DNA of 32,657 nucleotides from Octopus sinensis (Eukaryota), in NCBI RefSeq assembly GCF_006345805.1, contig NW_021832771.1, positions 1 through 32,657 on the forward strand, read 5' to 3'. How positions within the stretch are numbered: position 1 is the first letter of the stretch; each line of letters begins with the position of its first letter. The position numbers and the translations under genes are program-made. The notes beneath the pieces are model-generated. The model was not told the origin of the DNA and made no database searches. It saw nothing but the letters and a program-made list of their open reading frames with translations. Positions 1 through 11,909 of the stretch are shown here, in pieces.

Positions 1-116
1 GAACTGATAGAATAATTACCAGACTTGAAATAGGTACTGGAGTCGATTCGTTCGACTATACCCTTCAAGTTTAATGCCCCAGCATGGCCGAAGTCCAGTG
101 AGTGAAACACGTAAAA
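1..116 (+). mobile_element. 3' part of SINE family A (octopus tRNA/CORE-type SINE), diverged
   Basis: gatagaataa..gtcgattcgttcgacta..ccagcatggcc..tgaaacacgtaaaa matches the 3' end of the family A copies elsewhere in the window. Confidence 0.75.
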
Positions 117-444
117 AAATGATAAAGGATAATGTTTTAATAAAAAGACGGAACATGTTACATAATACAGGCGGCGTGTATGTCTTGCTAACATATACTA
201 TGCTTTCGTTAATTGTTTTAGGTGCGCAAAGATAACAGTTCTTTAAATCACTGCAGTTTTGATGCTGCGGTATATCCAGGATGAGAGAGAAAGCAGCACC
301 AACAGTCAGCTGGTACTCATTTACAGTTGAATAGATTGAAGAAACATATTTAGCTGGCGGAGACAATTGCCGAGTTCAAGGAAGCAATCACCTAGCTTAA
401 GGAAACGTTGTTTAATTCAAAGAAACAACTGCCTAGCTTACTCT

Positions 445-677
445 TTTACTCTTTTACTCTTTTACTTGTTTCAGTCATTTGACTGTGGCCATGCTGGAGC
501 ACCGCCTTTAGTCGAGCAAATCGACCCCAGGACTTATTCTTTGGAAGCCTAGTACTTATTCTATCGGTGTCTTTTGCCGAACCGCTAAGTTACGGGGGTG
601 TAAACACACCAGCATCGGTTGTCAAGCGATGGTTGGGGGAACAAACACAGACACACAAACATATACACACACGTACT

Positions 678-680
<3 letters not shown>
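445..680 (-). mobile_element. SINE family A, 3' half
   Basis: tttcagtcatttgactgtggccatgctggagcaccgcctttagtcgagcaaatcgacccc, near-identical to 22855-23245 and 30435-30835; ends in (TA)n. Confidence 0.9.
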
Positions 681-720
<40 letters not shown>

Positions 721-724
<4 letters not shown>

Positions 725-883
725 CAAATTTAGTCAATTCGTGCTAGTCCCGAGTCCAAACATCCCTGAAAGTTTCATCCAAATCCATCCAGCGGTTCTT
801 GAGATATCTTCTTGTCCACGGACAAACAAACTAACAAACACGACTGAAAAACAATACCTCCACCTTAGCGAAGGCAGAGGCAA
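721..883. mobile_element. Helentron/HINE-like non-autonomous element end fragment
   Basis: aagtttcatccaaatccatccagcggttcttgagatatc..acaaac motif followed by a GC-rich subterminal hairpin cctccacctt-agcg-aaggcagagg (857-880). Family assignment is by resemblance only. Confidence 0.5.
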
Positions 884-1293
884 CAAGATTTAGTCTGATT
901 TAGGTTATAGAATAACAACAAATCTATAACCGCTATATTTCTACACTCACCCTACAAAATTCAAAATCAGATAGAAAACATTCTGTCCTACATTACTTAT
1001 TTACGCTATTTAATCAAACTTCTTTTCGATATTCTTTGGTACGGTTCACTCTTCCTCTCTCTAACTCGAAACAAAGTCACGATGGCGTGCATGTTTCCTG
1101 ACTACGCAGCCTAGCGAAGCAACTTACACCACGTCAGGAACCTACTACGTGTGCAATCAGTCCAATCTAAAGCTGCGCCCTATTCTAAATCCTTTTCTGC
1201 ACATGTGTTCGTTTATTTATTTATCTATTTATTTATTTGTTTATTCATTTTTATTGGCTTATCCATCAGATACCAACTTACAATATATATATA

Positions 1294-1796
1294 CTAGCAG
1301 TATCGCCCGGCGTTGCTCGGGTTTGTAAGGGAAATAACTATATAAGCATTTTTAGAGAGTTACTTCCCTTATAAATTCGGGCTTTCTTAGCCATTTTTGT
1401 TTTGGTGTCTTCGAGCCATGAAGTTGTTGTTCTAAAAGAACGCTGGTCTCCTTCACAACGCATTATGACGTTGATTTCTTTACACTCCCTTCCCCACAGC
1501 TTCACGAGGGAGGGAAGGGGGAGAAGCAAACAGGTGCAGCTGTGAGCGTGGACGCCAACTCCGCCGCCATCGACATACGATGCATTTTGCATTAAAATGG
1601 AATAAAAAATGATGTTAAATTATTTTTAAAATCGTAGACTCATCGTTGACGCGCGCTAATAGTCAGACGGGCTCGATATGAATCACGACTATAAGATACC
1701 CGAATTTGGTTAAACTGCACCGCAAAATGTGGGAGGAGTTAGGAATCTAAATCGAAGGGGACAGACACTCACACAACTAGAGTTTTATATATATAG

Positions 1797-1797
<1 letters not shown>
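1294..1797 (-). mobile_element. Non-autonomous Helitron (504 bp)
   Basis: Minus strand starts with TC (1797) after an A and ends with CTAG (1294) before a T. A GC-rich hairpin CCCGAGC-AAC-GCCGGG (1306-1321) lies about 8 nt upstream of CTAG. Inserted in a TA-rich site. These are canonical Helitron termini. Confidence 0.85.
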
Positions 1798-1827
<30 letters not shown>

Positions 1828-2022
1828 TATATCCGAGGTGAGGTTTTCAATGGAATGGAATAGAACGTAAGCTAGTATACATTACATGTACACACACAAA
1901 CACATGTACTACATACATGACACTCAACACACACGCACATAGCATACACACACACACACGCAGATTATGGACATAGGTATATACAATAAATCTGTGTATG
2001 TACACACAGATATCAGTAAGGT

Positions 2023-2056
<34 letters not shown>

Positions 2057-2481
2057 GTAGTATGTATGTGTATGTATGTATGTATGTATGTATGTAGTAT
2101 GTATGTGTGTGTGTGTGTGTGCGCGCACACACACACGCACGCACACTCACACACGTACATATAAGCCACACCATCCAGGTTTCGATTCTTCATTTTTCTT
2201 CTGTGCAGCTAATGTCCGATATTTAAATGAAAAATTCAATCATACGAATGGTTTTGAGTTACATATATACATACATGCATATATACATCCACTGCAGTTA
2301 TTTAGTACATTTTTGTTTTGCTATTATTACCGAATGAATGAAAGACAAAGCTGGCTCTGTCGAGAATTGAATTCCGATCGCAGGGAATCGTGGCTAATCT
2401 CATCCATGCATATGATAACAACTGACAATTCGTCGCCTCAAAGTACAATGTGTGTGTGTGTGTGTGTGTGTTGGTGTGGTG

Positions 2482-2533
<52 letters not shown>

Positions 2534-2591
2534 GTGGTGTGTGTGTGTGTGTGTATACGCGCAACACAAAGATAATGCACAACAATTAGTT

Positions 2592-3367
2592 GAAATAATT
2601 ATTCAGTCCGTCCTACTATAGGCACAAGGCCCGAAAATTTTGGGGGAGGGGGGCCAGTCGATTAGATCGACCTCAGTACGCAACAGGTACATATCCTCGA
2701 AAGGAAAAAAGGCAAAATCGACCACGGCGGAATTTAAACTCAGAACGTAAAGACAGACGAAATACCGCTAAGTATTTCACCCTATGTACCTATTTCTTTA
2801 TTACCCACAAGGGGCTAAACACAGAGGGGACAAACAAGGACAGACATAGGTATTAAGTCGATTATATCGACCCCAGTGCGTAACTGGTACTTAATTTATC
2901 GATCCCCGAAAGGATGAAAGGCAAAGTCGACCTGTACCAACGTTTCTTATTTTTCATAAGGGGATGAACATAGAGGGGACAAACAAGGACAGACAAAGGG
3001 ATTAAGTCGATTATATCGAGCCCAGTGCGTAACTGGTACTTATTTAAACGACCCCGAAAGGACCCGAAAGGACGAAAGGCAAAGTCGACATCGGCGGAAT
3101 TTGAACTCAGAACTTAACGGCAGATGAAATACCTATTTCTTTACTACCCACAAGGGGCTAAACACAGAGGGGACGAACAAGGACAGACGAACGGATTAAG
3201 TCGATTATATCGACCCCAGTGTGTAACTGGTACTTATTTAATCGACCCCGAAAGGATGAAAGTCAAAGTTGACCTCGGCTGAATTTGAACTCAGAACATA
3301 GCGATAGACGAAATGCCGCTAAGCATTTCGCCCGGCGTACTAACGTTTCTGCCAGCTCGCCGCCTTC
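2592..3367 (-). mobile_element. Head-to-tail array of four SINE family B units; only the rightmost has the full tRNA head
   Basis: Head GGCGGCGAGCTGGCAGAAACGTTAG with A/B-box-like motifs at the right end. Repeated units gacaaacaaggacagac..gtcgattatatcgacccc..gaaaggatgaaaggcaaagtcgacc start near 2788, 2934 and 3132. Confidence 0.9.
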
Positions 3368-3794
3368 TTTGTTAGCTAAATTAAATAACGAGTAACAATT
3401 ATTATATCACTTTCCAATATATAAATATTTCTACATTTAAAACCAAGCGATTTTTAGTCTTACAGCTGTTCAAGGACCAATACATATTTTGTTTGTTTAA
3501 GTAAGTAGGAAAAAATCGTTAAAGTTTGTAACGTTTGCTTTTGCATAAAAAGCCTTTTTGATTTAAAAGCTGTGTAGTTACACTGAATATTTAAACAAAC
3601 GTGTAAGTGTGGCATATATTTCTTTATAAATTGTTTTTCCTTGTTTATTTGTTGTTGCACTGTGGTTCAATCGGAACATTAATATTCTGGAAGCACTTTG
3701 ATACTGAAGTCTTACATTTCTGTGTAACATAATTTACTTTAATTTGGTTGCCACTGAATCTACCTGATCCTTACAGCACTGAAGCTAGAATTTG

Positions 3795-4197
3795 GGATCT
3801 TTTCGGTTTGAACGGTAGTTTTTTCTAGCGGTGTCATATGAAATTGTCACCCATAATTATGACCCTATTGCATTTCAATCTATTTTAGGGCTAGGGTTAG
3901 GTGTGGGGTGAAGGATATCTTTTTTTCTTCACAATTGTAAATAAATCCAATGTTTCTTAAACGAGGGACATATTCATACGGCACAGAATGTTGTTTACCT
4001 CAATGGACGTCAGTGATTGGTTGAAATTGCAGAGATTGAAGAAAAAAACAACAAATATCTTATAAACTATAGAATTTTCTTAATAAAGCCAAGAGAAAAA
4101 GATGTTTTATGAATACATTCTACCAGTATACGAAGTTTAAAATTTTTTAGTTACCTAGAAATTATGTTAAAAACTGCCGTTCAAACCGAAAAGATCC
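3795..4197. mobile_element. MITE with 29-bp TIRs and apparent 4-bp TSD (TTTG)
   Basis: GGATCTTTTCGGTTTGAACGGTAGTTTTT at 3795 and its reverse complement (1 mismatch) ending at 4197; tttg at 3791-3794 and 4198-4201. Confidence 0.85.
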
Positions 4198-4364
4198 TTT
4201 GAGCTGTTTGAGGTAGTCCTTGAGTTTGTCACCGTCTTTCGAAAGACACAACGTAAGTATATACAATGAAACCCTTCCCACCAAATGCCACTGGGTTTGG
4301 AAGGTGCTCTTTCAGTTTTTTCCATAAAGCTAGGTTAGTGCAACGCAAATATTCTTTCATGCTT

Positions 4365-4702
4365 TTATTTTTTTTGTTTCAGTCATTTGGCTGCGGCCAT
4401 GCTGGAGCACTGCCTTAAATGGTTTTTAATCGAAGGAATCGACCCCAGGGCTTATTCTTTTTAAGCCTATTACTTATTCTATCGGTCTTTTTTGCCGGAC
4501 TGCTAAGTTAGAAGGACATAAACACACCAACATCGGTGATCAAGCGATTGTACGGGAAAAGCACACACACACACATACACTAATACATATACGACAGGCT
4601 TCTTTCAGCTTCCGTCTACCAAATCAATTCACAAGGCTGAGGCTATAGCGAAAAACATTTTCCTAAGGAGTCACGCAGTGGGAATAAACCCGGAACCATG
4701 TA
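4365..4702 (-). mobile_element. SINE family A, near full length
   Basis: Same 3' and central blocks as the other family A copies, plus the head remnant cacgcagtgggaataaacccggaaccatg. Confidence 0.85.
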
Positions 4703-5130
4703 TATACATGCTGTATAGTATGTATTAAAAGAAAAAGTAGAATGGGTGAAAGTAAGAGAAGGAAAATAAAAGGTAGACAGAAGAGAGAAGCAGAGAAATA
4801 GAAAGGGATAGAGCAAGGAGGAAGTGAGAGAATATCTCGTGTGGTACGTATCCCAAGTTCAGAACTGAACGTCTCTCAAGTCTTAGTAACCAAGGGTAGC
4901 CTGGTTTAGCGACTGAAATATATAATCTGGTTTACCTCGATGTTCAAATAAATGATATTAAGAAACATATGTTACGTCGTGAATAGAGGTCGGGCAATGA
5001 CCATTTGTCAAAGATCTGACAGAATGAATGGTGACACACATATGGTTTCCTTACGGTGCGACTGGTGAACAACAGCGTCGCTTTTACAGCTTTCCGACTG
5101 GCGAATTTGGGAAAACGCCAAAGATGGCCG

Positions 5131-5168
<38 letters not shown>

Positions 5169-5429
5169 GTGTTTGCGTGTGTGTGTTTGTGTGTGTGTGT
5201 GTGTTTGTGTGTGTGTGAGTGTGTTTGTGTGTGTGTGTGTTTGTGTGTGTGTGAGTTTGTGTGTGTGTGTTGTGTGTGTATGTGTGAGTGTGTTGTGTGT
5301 GTATGTGTGTGTGTGAGTGTGTGTGAGTGTGTTTGGGTGTGTGTGTTTGTGTGTGTGTGTATGTGTGTGTTTGTGTGTGTGTGTGTATATGTGTATGTTT
5401 GTGTGTGTGTGTGTATGTGTTTGTGTGTT

Positions 5430-5464
<35 letters not shown>

Positions 5465-5571
5465 GTGGCGTGTGTGTGTGCGTGAGTGTGTGTGTATGTG
5501 TGTGTGTGTGAGTGTGTTTGTGTGTGCGTGTGTGTGTATGTGAGTGTGTGTGAGTGTGTTTGTGTGTGTGT

Positions 5572-5605
<34 letters not shown>

Positions 5606-5607
5606 GA
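5131..5607. repeat. Degenerate (TG)n microsatellite, about 480 bp
   Basis: Seen directly; source of the VC/HT pseudo-ORFs. Confidence 0.98.
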
Positions 5608-5609
5608 TT

Positions 5610-5692
5610 ACAGGTAAGTTCACCGCCATCAGTTCACCGCTGGAGAGTTCATGGTGAATTCACCGTGAGGGAAGTTCACCGCGAAGAAAATT
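5610..5692. mobile_element. Terminal fragment of a DNA element with subterminal GTTCACCG repeats
   Basis: Four (g/a)ttcaccg cores at short spacing, similar in style to the TIR subrepeats of 13067-13575; no partner end found. Confidence 0.4.
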
Positions 5693-5730
5693 ATATTTGT
5701 AAGTGTGTGTATATAAATATATGCATAATG

Positions 5731-5776
<46 letters not shown>

Positions 5777-6295
5777 AGGAAAAGAAACAGAAGGAGAGAT
5801 AAAGAAGCGGGAAGGAGAGAATGATTTATATAAATATAAGACATTTAAGATTATCTGATGTTGGTAATGGAGTAAGTTTTGCTTGTACAGGAAGAGCTTG
5901 AGGCCGAAAAAGTGCAGAGGTTTCGATGTTAAAAGAAAAAATTAAAGGTAGAACACAGTTGTTAGAGGTGTGTACTTTGATTTTATGCGATAAAATAAGT
6001 AGATGATAATTTAAGTCTTTCAACCTTGTGCCTGGTATATAAACTGAACTTATGTAGTTATCTATAAAGATAAGATTTTGTATAATCAAATATGCTGTTA
6101 GGCAAGGGGTGAGTGTGTTCAGGGTATCATAGGTGTATTCTGCACATCTTCGAAAGTCTTTAAGAAATAACGATGTAGTAATTTTTCCTTATTGTTAATA
6201 CAGTAAATATACTATATACTACAATTTTTTTTCCATATAATAGATATATTTAGATTTCGAATGTACTTTGTATTTACACTGTATATTCATATTAA

Positions 6296-6505
6296 CCCTT
6301 TAGTGTTGGCATTATTCTGCCAAAATTAATGCTTTTTCATCCACATTGCTTTGAACTAATCATGCATTATCTTGTAGCTATGAGATTTTGATGAGGTAGC
6401 TGTTAATTTTTAAAACGATATTGTAGGGTTGGTGTGAGAGACCAGATCTGGCCAGTTTGAACATAAAACAGGCCGAATACTTTTGGCCGGATATGGCCAG
6501 TTAAA
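6296..6505. mobile_element. piggyBac-like MITE fragment
   Basis: TTAA followed by a CCCTTT terminus; right end degenerate with no second TTAA-flanked TIR. Confidence 0.4.
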
Positions 6506-7060
6506 CATAGTGTACGAGAAATTAGGGGAATTGGAACATAAATGCAAGTGAATCATTACGTTAAAAATATTTTATGGTCCTGATATTTCGGGCAGAAAAG
6601 CACTTTTCGTATGAAAGTATAAGAGAACTTGGCATTGATATAGAAAATGAAAGCCTTTTTATATTAGCGACAGTACTAACCTAAAGAGAGCATCAATTCT
6701 TATCTCGTCTCTAATACTTTTAACAAGCTCGAAATTCTTAGTTATAGTATGTTGATTTTAATATGATAGGGATCACAGCTGAGTTAAAACAGTAGCAGGA
6801 ACTGTCTCATTCAACTGCGATCTCTGCCATCAAAACAGTATTGGTCACACATTTCTTGTTGCACTCAATGACATTATGCAATATATATGTGTGTGCATAT
6901 ATTTATATATATATAACACGGGCTGATTTGCAACGGATGAAGTTGAACAGCTACATAAACAGAAACTATTGGAAGAATGTCACAATGAGATAGCATCGTT
7001 GGGACAGAATTATCTTAGTTATCTTAGTTAATCTTTTGCTCATTTATCGATTTCACTCAG

Positions 7061-7145
7061 TTGGCTTTGGCCTCGGCGAGACTCCACCGGCAAAGAAAAT
7101 ATCTAATATATGCATTTTAGAAGAATACACGGACGAAAGTGGATG
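7061..7145 (+). CDS. Candidate internal exon, 85 nt: (V)GFGLGETPPAKKISNICILEEYTDESG(W/C); product unknown
   Basis: Long pyrimidine tract cttttgctcatttatcgatttcactcag, open frame, donor G|gtaaac, non-repetitive sequence with coding-like composition. No homology recognised. Confidence 0.4.
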
Positions 7146-7171
7146 GTAAACCAGAGTCATCTCACACACAA

Positions 7172-7203
<32 letters not shown>

Positions 7204-7346
7204 ACACACACACACACACAGACACACACACACACACACGCACGTACACTTGCATAGATACACACACAAGTTCAGGCACACACATGCATAAAAACCCGCG
7301 CACACAAACACGGCGCACAAATACAAAATGTGCACATACAGGCGTG

Positions 7347-7454
7347 CGCACACACGCGTACGTTCGCACACACGCGTACGTTCGCACACACGCGTACGTT
7401 CGCACACACGCGTACGTTCGCACACACGCGTACGTTCGCACACACGCGTACGTT
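7347..7454. repeat. Perfect 18-bp minisatellite x6 (CGCACACACGCGTACGTT)
   Basis: Six identical units; gives the HAYVRT repeats in the ORF track. Confidence 0.97.
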
Positions 7455-7569
7455 CGCACACACATGCATCCTCCACACACAAACAAACAGACATAGAGAC
7501 GTATGAAAGTGTGAGTGTACATTTCACCTTGATTGATTAATTTTGTATATCATTATGTATGGGTAGTGA

Positions 7570-7960
7570 AAGGCAGCGAGATAGCAGAACCGTTAGCGCG
7601 TCGGACAAATTTCCTAGCGACATTCCTTCCAGGTTCTTTACGTTCTTAGTTCAAATTGCACCGCGGTATACTTTGCATTTCATTCAAGATCGATAAAATA
7701 AGAACTAGTTGAGATCTGGGGTCTTATGCCATCCCCTAAAATTGTTGGGCTGGTGCCTAAATTAGAAAGAATTACGTATGTTCTGTGGTTTGTCAGAATC
7801 ATTAGAGTGCCTAGTAAAATACTTCGAGATATTTACTCTTTACGTTTTGAGTTCATATTACATCTAAGATAACTTGACCTTTCATCCTTCCGGGGTCGAT
7901 AAAATAAAGCACCGATGAAGTACCAGCCCCAAAATTCCTGACCTCTTGCCTAAATCAGAA
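7570..7960 (+). mobile_element. Two old, degenerate SINE family B copies
   Basis: aggcagcgagatagcagaaccgttagc..ttcaaatt and ctttcatccttccggggtcgataaaataa remnants. Confidence 0.7.
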
Positions 7961-8421
7961 ACCATGATGTATATATCTATAAGTATGTACACAGCTGTGA
8001 GTAACTCTGCAACAGAAAGGAGTCCTGTTTAATAGGAATGTAGAGATTACGGTCACCGAGTAACCGTCTTGATGAAACCTAAGACTCGTTACATAAATAT
8101 AATTTTCTATACATCAGAGCTAATAATGGGGGATTACCAATCCGGGAAAAATTCTTCATAAGCTCTCTGTTGGCACACCAGGCAAACAATATTGTTTAGA
8201 TTAGTGACGAACACCAAGTATTCATATGGAAGGGACCAAGGTTATGGTTCATTAGAATTCTACATAGTAAAGCCACGGCTGGGCTCCAGAAAACTGTTTC
8301 TTTACACAGAATGATATAAAAGACACCATATAAATAATGGTCATTAAATATTTTTCCTTTATGAGAATGAATTGCTCTGATAAAGAAATAAATATGTAAT
8401 CACCATTATTTATACCTTTAT

Positions 8422-8612
8422 AAGGCGGCGAGGTGGCAGAATCACTAGCACACTGAGTAAAATGTTTGTCTACGTTCTGAGTTCAAATTACGCCGAGGTC
8501 GACTTTGCCTCTCATCCTTTCGGGGTCAATAAAATAAGTACCAGTTGCGTACTGGGGTCGATCTATTTGACTGGCACTTCCTCCCAAATTTCTGGCCTTG
8601 TGTCTAGAGTAG
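8422..8612 (+). mobile_element. SINE family B
   Basis: aaggcggcgaggtggcagaatc head, gagttcaaatt B box, gactttgcctctcatcctttcggggtc core. Confidence 0.85.
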
Positions 8613-8633
8613 AAAATATTATTTATACCTTTA

Positions 8634-8926
8634 TATGGCTCTTTAGTTAGAGCGTCAGGCTCACAATCATTAGGACGTGGGCTCGATTCCTGGAACGGGC
8701 TGTGAGTTGTGTTCTTGTGCAAGACACTTTTTTTCACGTTGCTCTAGTTCACTCAGGTGTAGAAATGAGTTGTGACATCACTGGTGCCAAACTATATTGG
8801 CCTTTGCCTTTACCTTGGATAACATCGGTGGCCTTCCTTAAACTACCTTACTCAAACTTGTGCCTTGGAGGGTAACTTTCTAGATACAATCCCATGGTCA
8901 TTCCTGATCAGAGCAGGTCTTTAACC
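8634..8926 (+). mobile_element. SINE family C (tRNA head plus agctgtagaaatgagttg domain)
   Basis: Shares ttgctc.agttcactcag.tgtagaaatgagttg..ggtgccaa..ccttggataaca..gagggtaact..cccatggtcatt with 29790-30022. Confidence 0.8.
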
Positions 8927-8935
8927 TATGCATAT

Positions 8936-9072
8936 ATGGGTACAGGACATAAAAAAAAAACGTTGAACACAAGGAGAAGCGAAAACATAAAAACAAAAAC
9001 AGAAACGAAACTTACAACATAAAGAATATTCCCCTTCTTCAGTTTTCCCTGTTTCATCTACTCCGCGTTTCG

Positions 9073-9076
<4 letters not shown>
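8936..9076 (-). mobile_element. Penelope-like terminal remnant next to (TA)n
   Basis: Minus strand ccttcGAAAcgcgg..CTGAAGAagggg motifs resemble PLE pseudo-LTR sequence; abuts the (TA)n tract at 9077-9133. Confidence 0.4.
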
Positions 9077-9136
<60 letters not shown>

Positions 9137-9338
9137 TATGTGCGTGTTTGTGAGTATGTATGTATGTATGTATGTATCAGTGTAATATGTATATATGCGT
9201 ACCTGTCTAGGTTTTGGTATACTTAGAAGGAAATGCTATTCGCAGGTAAATTGACACAGATTTAACAGGGTATATAACTAAGTATATCTGTCAATCTGTG
9301 TACATCTATGTACATACATACATACATACATACATACA

Positions 9339-9405
<67 letters not shown>

Positions 9406-9993
9406 TTCTCCAAACACACACACACATATATAAAGGTGTGTGTATGTATGTATATATTCATATTTACATACACAAACGCAGGTAGGAAACGTAGACAGGT
9501 AATTAAGCAGTAACGAGATATGTGGGGGTACTTAAGTTTTGTGGGGTACGTAAGATGGTATGGTATGGTATGGTTTGGTAGCTTGAATAAAACTCTACAT
9601 AGTTTATTAGCAAAAAAAAAAAAAACCGCAAAAAAACTGTGTAAATGTGTTTCATCGACGTTTGTAAGTGCAAAGCCATTTTCTAACGATTACAATCTGA
9701 TTAGAAAAAAACCGAGTTAATAGCTTGTAATGTTTGAATCTGAGCTTGAACTGTTAACTGTGATAGACATGCATACATGCACATCATATATCCCCGTACT
9801 GCATAACTTGCTTATCGTTTTTGCACCTCACTGACATTGCTTTATAAAGTCCCCCCACACAACCAACCAACCAACCAGCCAACCAACCACCACCACTACT
9901 ACCACCACCACCACCACCACCACCACCACCATTACCACCACCATTACCACCACCAACAGTGCCGCCACCACTCTCAGCATCACAGCTCAGCAG

Positions 9994-10000
<7 letters not shown>

Positions 10001-10069
<69 letters not shown>

Positions 10070-10155
10070 TATATATGTATGTATATATATATGTATATAT
10101 ATGTATATATATGTATGTATATATATGTATATATATATGTATGTATATATATATG

Positions 10156-10213
<58 letters not shown>

Positions 10214-10282
10214 ATATATACATATATATATGTATATATATATTATATATATATATATATACATATATATACACACACACAC

Positions 10283-10334
<52 letters not shown>

Positions 10335-10345
10335 ATATATACATG
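10001..10345. repeat. Compound (CA)n/(TA)n/(TATG)n microsatellite
   Basis: Seen directly. Confidence 0.97.
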
Positions 10346-10560
10346 TATATCTTTAATGTTATTATGAATATCGTCCGGATGAGTTTTCTATCTTGTTTAT
10401 ATTTGTATTTTGGATGTCTTAATGTGCTTTATCAGTGTGTAGGTGGGAGCTTATTTATATATATGTGCATATGTATCTAAGACATAGAGCGAAGTTGCAT
10501 GTATGTGCGTGTGTGTGTGTGTACGATTATATATTTACATATATATAATCACACACACAT

Positions 10561-10609
<49 letters not shown>

Positions 10610-10611
10610 GG

Positions 10612-10835
10612 ACGCATTGCCTAGTAGTCAGGGTTTTGCGTTCACGATCGCGATATCGTGGTTTCATTTCTTAGACCGGGTGGTGTGTTGTGTTCCTGAG
10701 CAAAGCGCTTCATCTCAAGTTGCTCTGCTATGACTTCGACACCTGAAGCGTGGTACTTGGTGCACCTGTTCAGCCGACGTTGATTTGGTGGAGGAAGTGA
10801 GCAAGCATACAGCACCTACATTTGATCACTATACA
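10612..10835 (+). mobile_element. Old SINE family C-related copy
   Basis: tRNA-like head, then tgtgttcctgagcaaagcgcttcatctcaagttgctc. Confidence 0.65.
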
Positions 10836-10984
10836 CGAATCTTTTGCTCAGGTCGTTCGGCAAAAGCTGAACACTCAGACATCACTCAGACATCACCGAA
10901 GATCGGAGAGTCCTTCATGCAAGCGCACTGACACACACACACACACACACACACATACTCACACAAACACACGCAAACATATAC

Positions 10985-11225
10985 TCGCCCTCCACATATA
11001 TTCTTTTACTTGTTTCAGCCATTTGTCTACGGCCATGCTGGAACACCGCTTCAAAGTGGTTTTTAGTCGAAGATTTCGCCCCCAGGACTTATTCTGCGTA
11101 AGCATAGTATTTACCCTGTCGGTTACTTTTACCGAACCACTAATTTTACGGGGACGTAAACACACCAAGATCGGTTGTCAAACGACGGTGGAGGGGACAA
11201 ACACAGACACAAAGACAGACACACA
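10985..11225 (-). mobile_element. SINE family A, 3' half, diverged
   Basis: ttgtttcagccatt..ggccatgctggaacaccgc..ggacgtaaacacacc. Confidence 0.85.
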
Positions 11226-11263
11226 TAAATACATGCACACGCGCGCACACACACAAGCACACA

Positions 11264-11417
11264 CGTAAACAACATGAAATAAGAAAACATGGAATACGAA
11301 CTTTTTTTGCGAACAAAGAAAGAAACAAATGTTTCTTTTGTTGTTCGCAAAATAGTTCGTATTTCATGTTTTCGTATTTCGTTTTTTATGTTGTTTTCGC
11401 ATTACATGTTGTTTACG
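11264..11417. repeat. Imperfect palindrome, probably a Penelope-derived inverted end
   Basis: cgtaaacaacatg/catgttgtttacg outer arms, aaacatggaatacgaac/gttcgtatttcatgttt and ttgcgaacaa/ttgttcgcaa inner arms, centre aagaaacaaatgtttctt. Confidence 0.8.
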
Positions 11418-11834
11418 ATCTGTGGTGTTCTGTGTCCATATATGCACGTGTATATACCTATATATGTATGTACATATATGTATGTATATATATTTATATA
11501 TTATTTATGCCATTATATGATTGAACGCCAAGCATCCACTTCCAAGTAAGTTTTATCTATCTATATATATATATTTGTTTGCTTTTTCATCTTTGTTCCT
11601 ATACACATACGCTAGCTTTCTTACAAGGGGGTCTAATGCTCTTAGCTTAGACTTTTTTTTGTGGGGGGCAACCAGATCGAACCATCTTAAGTGTAAATGC
11701 CCGAAATGGTCGTAAGATCTGGAACTTGACTGGCGAAAGAAAGCCACGAATGACCCGTCTTTTTTTGCCTGTCCTTCTAATTGTTGTTTCTCTAGTCCGC
11801 CTGTGTATTGTCTATATGTCCGAATTTTTTAAAT

Positions 11835-11909
<75 letters not shown>

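Noticed and set aside
3300-3367. tRNA genes at SINE heads (also about 14110, 20250-20325, 30770-30835)
   Set aside because: A and B boxes are present, but there is no complete cloverleaf and each head continues into a SINE body.
2790-3367. Hammerhead ribozyme in family B multimers (retrozyme model)
   Set aside because: GAAA motifs are present but there is no CUGANGA core on either strand.
5028-5629. Long ORFs rich in VC/HT/YI/LSIY repeats here and throughout the track
   Set aside because: Translations of di- and tetranucleotide microsatellites, which lack stop codons by construction.
5872-5920. 19-nt GT-AG mini-intron followed by EELEAEKVQR
   Set aside because: Far below the normal molluscan intron size, with a weak downstream donor; likely chance.
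7347-7454. CRISPR-like array
   Set aside because: Contiguous identical units with no unique spacers, in eukaryotic context.
8120-8330. YEYLVFVTNLNNIVCLVCQQ (minus) as a hAT/ZBED zinc-finger relic
   Set aside because: Similarity is limited to VCLxC; the downstream His ligands are absent and there are stops nearby.
9200-9505. 15-bp inverted repeat tacctgtctaggttt / aaacgtagacaggta
   Set aside because: Short, one mismatch, no TSD, and the interior is mostly microsatellite.
11635-11680. LDFFLWG resembling the Tc1/mariner SPDLTPLDFFLWG motif
   Set aside because: Only 7 residues, partly from a poly-T/poly-G run; the flanks show no transposase similarity.
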